64,000 bases of DNA from Rhina ancylostomus (taxonomy: Eukaryota): NCBI GenBank assembly GCA_030265395.1, contig JARFYF010000094.1, forward strand, positions 19,706,512-19,770,511, given 5' to 3'. Both the position numbers and the translations under genes were made by a program. Each line of letters starts with the position of its first letter. Position 1 is the stretch's first letter. Positions 38,640 to 51,682 of the stretch are shown here, in pieces. Under the pieces are notes generated by a model. The model made no database searches, had not been told where the DNA came from, and was given only the letters and a program-made list of their open reading frames with translations.

Positions 38640-39075
38640 AGACACAAGAAATTCTGCAGATGCTGGAATGTGGAGCAATGCACAAAAAGTGCTGAAGGAA
38701 CCCATCAGGTCAGGCAGCATCCATGGAGGGAAATAAACAGTCCATGTTTTGGGCCAAGACCCTTCATCAGGACTGGAAAGGAAGAGGGCGGAAGCCAGAA
38801 TAAGAAGATGGGGGGAGAGGGAGGAATACATGCAGGCAGNNNGGTAGTGGGTGGGGGAGGGGGAGAAGATGTAATCAGCTGAGAGGTGATAGGTTGAAGA
38901 GGCTGAGGGTTGAAGAAGAAGGAATCCAGTAGGAGAGGGCAGTGGACCATGGAATAAAGGATGAGGGAGGAGAGGAGATGGGCAGGTCATCAAGGCAGGA
39001 GAAGGGATATATGGAATAAGGGAAGACAAAGGAGTGATGAGGGAAAGAAAAATAAGGAGTGGGGTTACTGGAAGT
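38640..39075 (-). mobile_element. Penelope-like element 3' UTR plus pLTR (young subfamily)
   Basis: gacacaagaaattctgcagatgctggaat...gggaaataaacagtccatgttttgggccaagacccttcatcaggactggaaaggaagaggg, a purine-rich UTR, ending ggggttactggaag. Confidence 0.85.
38738..38775 (-). ncRNA. Hammerhead ribozyme motif, predicted inactive
   Basis: CAGUC-CUGAUGA-AGGGUCUUGGCCC-AAAA-CA-UG-GACUG. Perfect 5-bp stem I and good stem II, but G12 is A and position 17 is G. Confidence 0.6.
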
Positions 39076-41337
39076 ATTATGTGTATGTTAACCCCATTTT
39101 GACATCCCAATCTGGTGTTGTCCAGCCTTTTATTTAAGCAAGTAGTCTAATACATTATCAAATGTGCTTGGTAATTGCTTCCTTTAAATGAAAGAATAAA
39201 TCCCTATTCATACACTGAACCATATGTTCAAAATCTTTCCTTCTCGTGTGAACACACCTGAAGTCCTAGAGGAACTTTCATGTTTGTCATGCTTTGCCTC
39301 AATGAACCAGAACTCCAGATATAGGTTTGTCACCTGGTTCAGAGCATGCTTGGTTTCATGATCATTGAGGTCTTCACAGTGAAGCCAAGGTTTACAAATT
39401 TGAGTTCCTGGTTATTTTACAAACTTGCTGCCAAGCATCTGTTTATTGAAATGACAGTTCAACAAATTAGATTTGGAAATAAGTCAATGTGGTCCTATCC
39501 TACGCGACAAAATACAATAATTACCCTAAATTTGGACAATACATTTGTGGATTGTTCCAAGTGTTGCTTCATGTATTGACCACACATTGTTTTGCAAGAA
39601 TGGACCAGAAAAATTTGCAACATTAGTCCATAGTTTTCTGGAAAATTTTGGTATTACGCCATCCTAAGAACAAAGGAGTGCATGTTTTACAAGAATATTT
39701 GCATGTAACTAAATTACTTTGGTTTTATCTCAGTATATTGCTAACAAATTAATGCCAGTGGGGTTCTTTGCAAGTTTCAGAATTTGATGCCATTGTCAAG
39801 CTTAGCATGGAAAACAGAGTAACTAAATCAGATTGAGGAAACTCCAGCCAATTATTGTAGCTACCTAACATTTCTTGCTTTCTTTAAGAGATAGTTTCTC
39901 ACCAATTGGAAGTAAAGTGACTAAACTTGGAGAAAATACAATGAATCACAGCAACAAAAATCTTAATAAAGCTCTCAATAAAATACTTTTAACATTTTCA
40001 TATCTTTAAAGTTCAGGAGGTTTCCATGAATCTGTATTAGTTCCATTTTAGCGGAGCTGGAGGACTGCATGAGTATAGTAAGCAGAATTATGGGCTGCCA
40101 CTCAGCAGGAAGGGAATTGAACATAATGATAATTACATATTATGTGAAATGAGGTTTCTCTTTGGCTCTTGTGTAGGGTTTAGGTTAAGATGGTGAAGTA
40201 ATGAAATCAGCACAGCTAAGTTATGGTTTTTAAAGGTACGCATTCCAAAACTGAAAGGGCACCAGAAGGGTGACAAGCTCTTCCAGCTCATCTGAAATAT
40301 TAACGTGAGATCTAAGTGCCAAATTTGGGTGAACTGCTTGCCTTTGTCTTCCCATGTAATTAGTGTACATACATTATGTCATGTCTTGGATTTGTTTATT
40401 GGGAAGGGCAATCACTCACTTTGGTTTAAAATGCAATGTGCATGTCACTCTTGAAGAAAGCTTCCACTTCTTTACAAGAAGATAGCAATTACAAAAGATA
40501 GCAATTTGTGACAACTCCACTGATTAAACACTAATGTTGACAGGCACATAACATTCTCAGAGAACTCAAACCTATAGTATTCACATGAAAGATGCTAATA
40601 AGGTACTCTTGAAGAGTTCTTAAATTTCATCATTGTAGTGCCATGACAGCTTAACAGCTGATAAAAGAAAATTAAATTTAATGTCTGGGCCAGGGTCAAA
40701 TAATAATTTTGAATCTGTTAATCTTTGTTGAAAGGCAATATTTTCCATTACATAGATTCTGAACTAATGGCAATAACCACACCCGTCCGGGGGTTTTAAA
40801 GCCCCCATAGGTGGGAATACCAATCCTGCCAGATACTGGAATTTTATTAAAGGTTAAATTCCTTAATGCTTGTTAGCAAGACAGGAGGAAAAGGATAGGG
40901 GTATTTACAATATTGTTTGCTATTATTTTATTGAACTATTTTTATTATTAGTTTCAACAATGTTAGATCTCCATATGAAAAGCTTAGTTTTCCTTTGTCC
41001 AAGGCCCTTCCTTCCCACCTCTCCCACCAATGACAGCAGGAACAAGCAAGAGAGATCTGATGGACACTTCTTAGAAAACAGAGGTCTTTCTCCATCCTTC
41101 CCCACATCCCTGCCACCAACCATTACACGGACTATCCCTTCATTCCTAGTGACTTCATTTGGACTGCAAATGTGAAAATGAGTACAACTTTCAGCCAATA
41201 CTCTAGCACTTGGATAATGCCAGAGATCAGAGACAATATACCATTAAAAACTCCCAGGTTTAACCTAGTGGAAGTCAGGATAGTTTGCTGTTTATCACCT
41301 CACCTGTGATAACAAGCTTAACTTCCAAATTGGATGT

Positions 41338-41745
41338 AAGAACAGAAAATGATGGAAACACTAATAGTTCAGACAGCAAGTGTGGAAAGAGAAACAGAGC
41401 TAATNNNNNNNNNNNNNNNNNNNNNNNNNNNNNNNNNNNNNNNNNNNNNNNNNNNNNNNNNNNNNNNNNNNNNNNNNNNNNNNNNNNNNNNNNNNNNNNN
41501 NNNNCTAATGTTTCAGGTTAAAGACTCTTTCTCAGAACTGGCGAAAAGACGAAACAATTTGGTTTAATTTTAAGTTGCTGAGAAGGTTGGGGAGGGATGG
41601 ATAAGGACAAAGGGAAGATCTCATTTCTAATGAGGAGTCTTCAACCTGAAATGTTAAAACAATTTTTCTTTCCACTGACGCTACCTGATTTACTGAGCAT
41701 TTCCAGTATTTTCTGTCTTTATTTCATACTTCCCAACATTTGCAG
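41338..41745. repeat. Inverted pair of Penelope pLTRs (older subfamily)
   Basis: acagaaaatgatggaaacact...atgtttcaggttaaagactc vs gagtcttcaacctgaaatg...agcatttccagtattttctgt; internal N gap. Confidence 0.75.
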
Positions 41746-42039
41746 AAAATTGGTTTTAATTTACTTCAAATTGGATGTACTGATACAGAAGTGAAAGCTC
41801 ACTTTCAAACTTCTGCAATAAAGGGCATCAATGTACATATGTCAAAGGAAACTTTTCATGTCAATTTAGAGCTTAATGCTTAATTTTCAAGTTGTTGCAT
41901 TATTTATGTCACAATGACCCATGACAGGTTTTAGAGAAAATGGGAAATTCCAAGGTCAGCTCTTTTGTACCATTGAGCATCAAAATGGGAGATAATTTTC
42001 TGATATAGGCTGTCAGAATACAAATCAAAAAGTGGGAAT

Positions 42040-42410
42040 ATTCAGTGGAAATGTTAAGAGGTTTGACAGCATAGATGTGGAGCTAATGTTTCTGCTGGCT
42101 ATGGGGTCTGGAATCAAGGATCACAGTCTCAAAATAAGGAGTCTGCCACTTAGGACAGAGGTGAGAACTTTCCTCTCCCGGGGAGTAGTAGATCAGTGGA
42201 AGTCTCTATGCAAGATGACAATGGAAGTGCAGTCAGTGAATGTATTCAAGAATAAGATCAATAGATTTTGAGACATCAAGGGGTCAAGAAAAAGGATGAG
42301 TGCAGGAGAAAAGCACTGGTATAAAAGATCAGCAGTGATCTGATTGAACGTAGGAGCAGGCAGGAGGGGCCAAATGGCTAACTCCTGCTTTTGTTTCTTA
42401 TATTTTCTCA
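42040..42410 (+). mobile_element. CR1 3' fragment
   Basis: FDSIDVELMF...HSLKIRSLPLRTEVRTFLSRGVVDQWKSL...FKNKINRF, plus UTR gatcagcagtgatctgattgaacg. Confidence 0.85.
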
Positions 42411-43659
42411 TGTAAAATCTGGAATTGTTAGTTTTAAAAATAATTCCAGTATTAATTAATACAACTCTCGGTCAACAATCATGTATNNNNNNNNNNNNNN
42501 NNNNNNNNNNNNNNNNNNNNNNNNNNNNNNNNNNNNNNNNNNNNNNNNNNNNNNNNNNNNNNNNNNNNNNNNNNNNNNNNNNNNNNCAACAATCATGTAT
42601 AGAGAAACAGTTCAAAAAGAAAAAAGCTGCATATGTACAATACAACAGAAATGGCACTTCACCACAATACGTTTCCTGCTTTGCCTCAAATTCCTTTACC
42701 AGTTATTCTAATATCTTAACATTGCCGACCAAGGCATTTGATACACATGCTCTATGTATGCAATGCTGTGCAGAGGAACTTCCGGGCTTTAAAGGAGAAA
42801 TCAATTGTTTCTTGCTGAAATTAATATCGGTCACAAATTTCCTTCCATTCTTCTGAGACAAAATGGGCAAATAAGTTATAAGTTCAAACACTTATAGTTC
42901 ATGTGGAAGAATAAAAATCAATGTAAGGTCACTTATACGCAGTGCATTCCATCTGTTCTCCTACATCACATGATACTCTGGATTAGGAAGGTCATCCCAT
43001 CCACATTAATTCTCCCATCAAGAAAGATTCTTAGTGCCTAGTGCCACCTCAAAATGCTTCTGCAGTGATTCAGTTTCTTGCATCAGTGACTTAATCTGAA
43101 AATCTATTCCATTTTGTTAATCACTTTTAGGTAAAAGGGAATTTGTTTATGATCAACTGGCACCAATTTCTGAATCCAAGTTACTAATATAAATAAAAAG
43201 AAACAGTGAATCCAACACTCACCCTTGAGTCAGATCTTTTTTCATCCTGAAGTGTTGGTTCTAAAAAGAACCTACTGTTCTCTACCCTTTGGCAATTTCC
43301 TTTCCTTTCACAACATTAAGCCTGAATCCTGGATTTTTTGTTGAAATTCTTTTGGTATGATAGTGGTAGCAACTTGTATATTGATGCCCAGATTTTAGAA
43401 CCAATTACTGGCATCTGATATAGATGGATAACACTGCAACCTGTTGATATTTAATAGCCTTACAGAAAATAAGGTGTGCAGCAATATAACAATTTCTTAT
43501 TTATATTGGAACTACACAATATAAATCATTGGTGTATAAGTTTCACATATATATACCCTTTATTAAAATCTTGTAGAACTGGATATATTGAACATGGTGA
43601 TGTTCCAAGAGATGTGAAAAAAGATGTGTCAGCAGAAGTAGATAAGAAGGTGATAAATG

Positions 43660-44545
43660 GTCTTTCTAGGCTTCATTAGCTGGGGCATTGAATAAAAGAA
43701 TCAGGAAGTTATGGTACCGTTTTATGAAACATTCATTGGGCCACAGTTGGAATATTGTGTGCAGTTTGGTTGTCATACTGTAGGAAGGATGTGATTGCAC
43801 TGGAGAGGATGCAGAGGAGATTCACCAGAATGTTGCCCAGGGTTTGGAGATTTGATAGGCTGGGTTAATTTTCCTTGGGGTGGACCAGCCTGGAGTGGGG
43901 NNNNNNNNNNATACCTGAATGAGGCATCAAAAATTATGAGGGACATTGGGAGGATAAATAGTCGAAACTTTCCCCCACATAAGATTAGATTTCTTTATTA
44001 GTCACATGTACATCAAAACATACAGTGAAATGCATCTTTGCGGAGAGTATTCTGGGGGCAGCCCACAAGTGCCGTCAACTCTTCCGCCGCCAACATAGCA
44101 CGTCCTCAACTTCCTAACCCGTACGCCTTTGGAATGTGGGAGGAAACTGGGGCACCCAGAGGAAACCCACGCAGACATGGGGAGAATCTACAAACTCCTC
44201 TCAGACAGTGGCGGGAATTGAACCTGGGTTGCTGGCGCTGTAATAGTGTTTTGCTAGCTGCTACACTACCGTGTAAAAAAAAACTAGGTTTTAAGGTAAG
44301 GGGCAAGAGGCTTAGAGGACATCGGAGGAAGATAACCTTTTCACCTAAAGAGTGATTGGACTCTGCATGACCAGGTGGCTCTTGCAACATTTAAGAACTA
44401 TATGGATGGGCACTTGAATTGCTGAGGCATAAAAGACGATGGGTCAATATATAGTAAATGGGATTACTGCAGAGGGGTAATTGATGGTTGCATAGACATG
44501 ATGGCCAACGGGTATTTTTCTGTGCTGTATGACCCTATGACTCTT
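43660..44545 (+). mobile_element. CR1 3' part interrupted by a V-SINE
   Basis: PQLEYCVQF...RKDVIALERMQRRFTRMLP; tail tctgtgctgtatgaccctatgactct. Confidence 0.88.
43981..44273 (-). mobile_element. V-SINE, full length
   Basis: Same head, V core and tail as 13944-14243; B box caggttcaattccc. Confidence 0.9.
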
Positions 44546-45394
44546 ATAAAACAAATGCATAGAGAATTTTTAGTTATTATGGAAGGATGGACTTGGAATT
44601 GTGGATCTCAGTTGTATATGGGGTAACAGGACTGAATCAGCTTGCTTGAAGGTGAGGTGCACTGACTGATTTTGTCTGGACCATGGGACTTAAGTAAGTC
44701 TTGTTGCTGTACCGTGCTGAACTAAACAATATAACTGTTTCAATAGGAAATAACATTAAAACGTTGAAGCCCTATAAAAGATGCAAGGTGCTTTTGTTTA
44801 ATGCATCTTACTTCAGTCGAGTATTATCAACCCTGCTGTGTTCCCTTCCACATTGGTTTTACTTGCTTAGGGAGTCGAAAACACAGGTAATATATATCTT
44901 CCTCTGTTAAAATTTGTACATGGAGGCGGGTGTGACCTTCCAATTCTGCACTCATACTGTTTTTTGAAACTTTTTTTTGTGTTGTGACAAAACTTTCAGG
45001 AGTGAAATAAAATCTGGCCTAGAAATTTTATGGATCTATTTGCACTGTGACATCATTGTCGTCTAATTAAAGAGTAAGATGAAACTGATTTGGTCTGACA
45101 TTGTAGTGTTCTTCAGTAATGACACCACATCATAGAGCATGGTCATCATTACTGGACTGGAGGATCAAATACCCATAATGAAGTTGATCTGATTTTCTGT
45201 CTATTAATTTTAGAGGTTATGCAATAAGAGCCCCATAAGTCAGAGATATATAATGGCAGGAGGGGGAAATGTTGAATATATATTAGTGCAGTGGAACACA
45301 GTTCAGGGAACAAGTAAGTACTCATGAGAAGAACATAAATTCCAAGAATGAGTTTACTAATTGATAATACTAGTATCTGATTGTTGGGACAAAT

Positions 45395-45715
45395 ATTTAA
45401 GATACTGGACTTGTAATCCAGCAGCCAGTTTGAAACTTGAGTTCCAGTCCTAACGCAGCAGCTGTGGACTTGAATCCAATAAATTAAGTAAACTGTGGAA
45501 TCTGGAGGGATGAGGGGAAGAAAGACAACTATTTAGTTTCTGCAATGTGAAGCCATGGTTGTTTGAGATTGCTGTAAAAATAATCCTTTCCTGCTGTCCT
45601 GTCTATAAGTGCTTGAGCCTGAATTGACTCTGACCTGGTTTCCCTTCTCAGGAGTGATCAGGGATGGAATTAAATGCTGACCATGTCACGATGCCCTCAT
45701 TTCATGAGTAAAAAA
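45395..45715 (+). mobile_element. LF-SINE-like SINE, near full length
   Basis: tactggacttgtaatccag...gagttccagtcc...gagattgctgtaaaaa...agggatggaattaaatgctgaccatgtcacgatgccctcatttcatgagtaaaaaaa; tail shared with 14740-14798. Confidence 0.6.
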
Positions 45716-46769
45716 AATCAGAATCCAACTAAGGCTAAATTAGCAAAATCGGCAACATGGTGGTTGCAAAATTGAAATTGCATGGGAGATGACAGAAGAA
45801 TGATAAAAAGCAGTTAGAAGTGTCATCTTTCATCACCGTGAAGTATTTAAATCATTTACACAATTATTTCCCATCTCTGCTAAAAGTATATGAACTGTGC
45901 TAATATTCTCCATGGGAACTTTAGGTTTCAATAACATTTTACTTTCAACGCCAAGGAGTGAGTCATTGCCTGGTTGAATATTATTCTGAGCTTTGTTGTT
46001 TATTTCCAAGCTCATCCACAAACCGTATATTTCAAGTCAACTGCCATTTGGCTACCAGCTCTTATATTCTCCATCCAAATGTGCATTTGCTTCCTCCTAT
46101 TTTGGTTTTGCTTGTCATAATTAAATACTAGCTCAAAATGATCTATAATTCATTTTTCACTTTTTATGGTTTATGCATATGTTAACCCATTCTCCCTTTA
46201 ATCCCCTACCATGTGCACAGAACATGCAGACTCCTGTCCTCTTTAAACATATGATAGCACTTTCAAACAATAATGAGCTTATTGCTCAATTAATTTCAAT
46301 GCTGGGAAACTTCCATCTGTTATTTAGTGCCTGAATTTTAGAAAAATAATATTGCCCTCTGAGTGTATCTGCAAAAACATATTACTCATACATCTTCCAC
46401 CCTTGCTGGGTTTTGTGTGCACATTTCCAAGATATAAATTGTAAATGCAAGGTTTGATTTTTAAGATATAAAATAGCTTACTTTATTGCCTTTGAAGACA
46501 ATAACTACTGAGGATATAAAAACATTGAGCTAGACTCACATTAAACAGTTTGTAGTTGCTCTACAGGCAATTAAAACCCTCTCCCAAGAAGAAATCTGGC
46601 CTGGAGGGTATTATGAGGAAATGGAATGTAAATAATGGTAGGCTATATTATTCTGAATGAATCATATCAAGGCAGATACCATTCTCTTCCAAAGTTCAGT
46701 TATTTACTCTTCCAGGAGGGGCTGGGGTTACTGCATATTGATTTGATCTTATTGCTAGTGGCCTCATTT

Positions 46770-46880
46770 TATAAGCCCTCACTGCCCCTCTGGCTGTGAT
46801 CAGCTAACTCATCACAGACTGGTAATTGAACCCAGGACCTCTGGCCTGAATTGTTTAGTCACACTCAACTGAACCATGAA
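46770..46880 (-). mobile_element. Ancient tRNA-derived SINE fragment (AmnSINE2-like)
   Basis: Minus strand ctgggttcaattaccagtctgtgatgagttagctgatcacagccagaggggcagt (B box plus gagttagctgatc core). Confidence 0.5.
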
Positions 46881-47374
46881 ACTTGCTGTTTTTACTTTCA
46901 AAACTGTATCAGGATGTGGAATTCAATGGAAACAATGAACCAAATTGTATAATGTAACTGTTGTACATCTGAATGTACAAATTACATTTGCGTGCAACCT
47001 GCATGGAGCCTCACTCACCAGGAGAACACATTGAGAAACTGCATATGTGCAACCTACAATTTTCCGGCTATTAAAAGTTAATTTTATTGGATGAGAAATT
47101 AGGAGCCACGTATGCGCAATTATCCATGAGCATGAGGCACTGCAGTAGGAATGGACACCGGACATAAATGGACAATTAATACTCTCGTATGAAGCTGAAC
47201 CTCTGTTTTAGACCAGTTACCTTGAACATAAACATAAGTCTCTTCAACACAAGTAATTAATCCATTGTATGACTTTAGTTAGTGAGAGCAATCCCACTTG
47301 AATGGATATGTAACAGACCACTCTTTGGGAAATATTTACATCATTTCTCAAGAAACAGAATAAAACAGAGAGAT

Positions 47375-47845
47375 TGTGTTAAGCCATGGTTAGATCTCTC
47401 CTGGAGGAATGTGCACATAATGCACAAAGAATATAGAGATGTTAGAAAAATTCAAGCTTATGAGGGGATTTGAAAGAGTATAGAGAAGATGTTTCTAATT
47501 CAGGAGGAGACTGACACTCTTCCTCCTGAATTAGAAATATCTTCACTATATCCAGAGAGATCTTCCTCCGATGCCCTCTAAGCCTCTTGCTATATGAAGG
47601 TGAAAGTGTCACAAATAAACTCAATAGCTTCTTTTCACAGAAGGTGGTTACAATGTGGAACCTACAATAATATGGATTGATTAAGGTGAGTTTCATAAAT
47701 GCATTTAAAGAAAAGCTAGATAAAAACAAACAAAAAATGGGAATAGAAGAGTTTTCTGATAGCTTAAATGAAATAGCTTTGGAGCAGGCTTGTATGCAGC
47801 ATAAACAGGAATATATACCAGTTGTATCTGCACTGCAAAATCTTT
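47375..47845 (+). mobile_element. Old CR1 3' fragment containing a fold-back hairpin
   Basis: FKLMRGFERV, cttcttttcacagaaggtggttacaatgtggaac, gcatttaaagaaaagctagataaa. Confidence 0.75.
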
Positions 47846-49039
47846 GTAATGTGTAATTGCACATTTCATTCTTATGCTTTTCAGCCTAAAGTCAACAGTA
47901 AAGTTGAGAAGGATTTGAATAATGAAAGGTGTGCTGTTTAGAAACAATTGAGACAGATTATTTGCCAACAGAACTTCTAATGACGTATCCCTCTGAAATA
48001 ATTGAATGATACCTTGAATGGGTGATACCTCTAAGTTACAGGAAAGAGTTTTGTATCTTGCTGGATGGTGCCTTCATTTTGGAAGTCTCTNNNNNNNNNN
48101 NNNNNNNNNNNNNNNNNNNNNNNNNNNNNNNNNNNNNNNNNNNNNNNNNNNNNNNNNNNTTCCCCTTTCAACAGTAGTTAATAACTAGAGCTACTTCATT
48201 CCAAAATCCCACTGTTTCTGTTCATTCCACATTGTTACCACCAATGCCTGCAGGAGTCTCTTTGCCCATTGAGTCTACAGCTTTTATACAATCACTGCTG
48301 CCAAAAAAATTCAACAGTTTTGATTGGTTTAATTGCAAAAAACATAATTAGTTCCAAAAGTTAGCATACATTAAAACCAAAATTATCATTAATAAACTTC
48401 AAAGTGGCAGAAGAAAAAGTAGGGTTGATTGATGTGAGGATGGGGGATGGTGCTGGTGTTCACTAGATCTATTGAAGGATAGGTATGGTGTCTGCTCTGC
48501 CAGTGACATCCGTGTCCCCGGTGATTCCAGTCGAAGAGCTGGACCATGTTGACCAGGTGACGCTGCCCAACTTTTAAGGAAAATCATTGTTCAGGAAGAA
48601 CAAGAAGTCTGGCAGAGCAGGGAGGGAACATTTTATGCTGAACAGAGCAACAAAGTACAGTATCAGGAAAATTTTATGAACATAGACATCAAAGAGAAGA
48701 AACNNNNNNNNNNNNNNNNNNNNNNNNNNNNNNNNNNNNNNNNNNNNNNNNNNNNNNNNNNNNNNNNNNNNNNNNNNNNNNNNNNNNNNNNNNNNNNNNN
48801 NNNNNNNNNNNNNNNNNNNNNNNNNNNNNNNNNNNNNNNNNNNNNNNNNNNNNNNNNNNNNNNNNNNNNNNNNNNNNNNNNNNNNNNNNNNNNNNNNNNN
48901 NNNNNNNNNNNNNNNNNNNNGTGGGGTGAGAGGACAGCTGTTTGTCCCTGGTTATAATGCTAAATTAGCAATATCATAGTATCTGTGCTTTGAACTCAGC
49001 TTTCAAAATTCATCCTCATTATCTTCAGCACAGTTGAAG

Positions 49040-49360
49040 ACAAGTTTCTCCTCATGACCAGAACTGTTTGCAGTATTCCAAATGTAGCCTGACCAGGGAC
49101 CTGCACAAGTTTAAAATAACTGCTTTTGAATTCTCTACTGATGGATGTTACCATGTTTATTGTTTTATTGACTTGTTATGTTTTGTTCACATCTATTCTT
49201 CATTATCTACCTTAGCCAATTTCTTATTTCCTACATCATTAGTGATGTTCCTCCTTTTGCTATGAATGTGAATCACCTCATATTGCTGTCTTCACATTTT
49301 CCAGTGTGTTCATCTGTTATGTTGCCAGCTTCTTCAAGGCTGTTATACATTCCCCAAACA
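49040..49360 (-). mobile_element. Old CR1 fragment
   Basis: accagaactgtttgcagtattccaaatgtagcctgaccagggacctgcacaag is the reverse complement of LCRSLVRLHLEYCKQFW. Confidence 0.7.
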
Positions 49361-50436
49361 AGTCAACTTTAATACAAAATATTATTGAACCACTAATGAA
49401 AAAAGAAACCCATAGTTTGCTAAATTTATTGATGTAAGTTTATTGATCTAAATAATTACACCTGCTTGTCATCTACTAACTGTATATGTACTCGAATGCA
49501 AGCAAAAGTTCTCTTGAACCTTAAATTGTAACTGTGCTTTTTAATGAGGCATTAAGTGCTGTGATGCATTTACCTGTTTCTATTACAGCAAATCTACAGT
49601 AATATGAAATAGTGAGGAGAACTGGCGAATGGTAAATTATGCCTATTTTCCAGAACAGTCCAAAATGAATTTCATCTCCATGATCTTTTGTTTGGTTAAA
49701 GTGCTTTAGATATTTCTGAAGGTCTATTATATTTTGCCCGCCTTTCATTACCATCATTATCTTCCAGTTGAGCAAATATAAGCATCCTACCCAGATGCAG
49801 GGGGATGGAGTCTGATTATCCCCTTTCTTTTCATTGCAGTAATAATTAAGTTAGTGCATCAGCTCCAGTCAGGTTTAAACTGCTTCAGGTTAATGTGTTG
49901 GCAGTTATAAACAAGCATACTACCCAAAATCAGCTTTGAAATATTATAAATGACAGGCTCCATAACTGACAGGCTGACATGTGGCCTAACTCAAACCTTA
50001 GACAGGATATGCATATGAAGTGAAAGCTCTTCAAAAGGACGTGCACTTGCATAATGATGAGTATGATTTTGTGTTGGGTTCATTAACTGAGTCAAATGGC
50101 CTTTATCAGCCTATGAAGGAAATATGAAAGTATAATTATTCAAAATGTCGCATTAGTCGATGATCGACTACCATGACGATGGAAGTTTTCAGGTACATTC
50201 AATTCTTGGCAATCAATTCTAGGCATAATTAAGATCAGCCTATTGACCTGGCTCCTATTTTTAATAGCAGAGAGTTATGTACATCCGGATCGACAGTGAG
50301 CTAAGAAATTGTATCTGGAGAAACAGTGAAAGAAAGCATTGGCCCCTGAGCACATAGCTGGAAATCACTTGCATGTTCCATCTTGAGCAGCAATGTTTCA
50401 GGGTCCCTCAGGAATACAAAAGTAAAACACTATAAC

Positions 50437-50543
50437 TTCTGCAATAAAAAGAGAAAATGCTGGAATTACTCATCAAGCCAAGCAGCATTTGTGGAGAGAG
50501 AAACAGACAAAGTTTCAGCCTGCTGATCTTTCATCAGAATCTG
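50437..50543 (-). mobile_element. Solo Penelope pLTR fragment with hammerhead-like core
   Basis: gaaaatgctggaattactcatcaagccaagcagcatttgtggagagagaaacaga; minus strand CUGAUGA-AAGAUCAGCAGGCU-GAAA. Confidence 0.7.
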
Positions 50544-51682
50544 TCAGGAATCCCTCTGTATACACTAGTCATGGACTCTATTATCTATATCAGATGTAGA
50601 TGCAGTTGAAGGTCACGTGGGCAGATAATAATTCTAGGCCTGCTAGTATGAAGCTTCTACTCTGGCAAAGGGCATGGGACAGATGTGCATAAAGATTACC
50701 ATATTACTGATCCAGTGGGATTTCTGCTGGGTCAAAAAGCTAGGCCAAATATGGAAAAGATTTCATGGTATTAAAAACTAATGGTATACATCTGCATTAA
50801 CAAAATAACTTTTGTAGTACCTTTCATGACCTTGCAACATCCCATATGTTTTTAAAATTGGATGTTTCACTTAACAATTTTACATATGGGGCTGTGTTTA
50901 CTTGCTTTCTTTGAGATCCTGTTGTTCTCTGAATCTTGTCAGGAAGATATATTTGGGTTGTTGCTTGTAATGATATTATGAACATTCAGTGAAAGCAAAA
51001 TCTTGTTGCAAATTGAAAATCTGTCTCATAAATCATTGATGTTTGCCTGACATGCTGGACATATCTGTTTTGTTTTTGGGCCGCAACTCTTTTGCTGCTT
51101 TCTGAAAGTTAGGACTACCTACAATATTTTTTTTCCAATCTGGAAAACAATTGCAATTATATTTGTGGTTCTGTCCATGAAGCATTTGAAACCCTCTCAA
51201 AATTTATCACTAAAGTTTCCAATAAATATTTATCAAAAAATCTAACAGATTGAGGATGAAATCAGTTAAATAATATAAGTTATGCAAAAGAATTTCAACG
51301 GAAAATGACTCACAAGCCAAAATTGTGGGCCTACCATTGAATCTGAAGTTCTCAATCTTCAAAGTGGTCCTGGCCCTCCACATATCTCATATCTGGATGC
51401 AACATCTGTGGTGTTCAGTTGTGCATGTATAGCCTGTAGAGAGTGTAGGTAATTCATGTGGAAGCAGGATTTCATGGTACCTCACTCATAAAAGCAGGGA
51501 TGCGATAATGCCCATATCTGTTTAGAATAAATCAGGTTACGCCCCAGCATACCATGAGCAAACTTGAACACCATGTCTTGGGAAGGATATATTGTCTGTG
51601 CAGTGAATGCTGTGCCGATGTACCAAAAATAAAATGACTCCAAAGATAAAATAACATGGAAAGATGATACAAACAAGGGTAT

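Noticed and set aside
42473-42600. Direct repeat caacaatcatgtat either side of an N run (also caaaaagtgct at 53612/53723, ctaat at 41400/41505, tccaa at 15654/15669)
   Set aside because: The duplicated words abut 100-N or 10-N placeholder gaps. These are overlapping contig ends from the assembler, not TSDs or tandem repeats.
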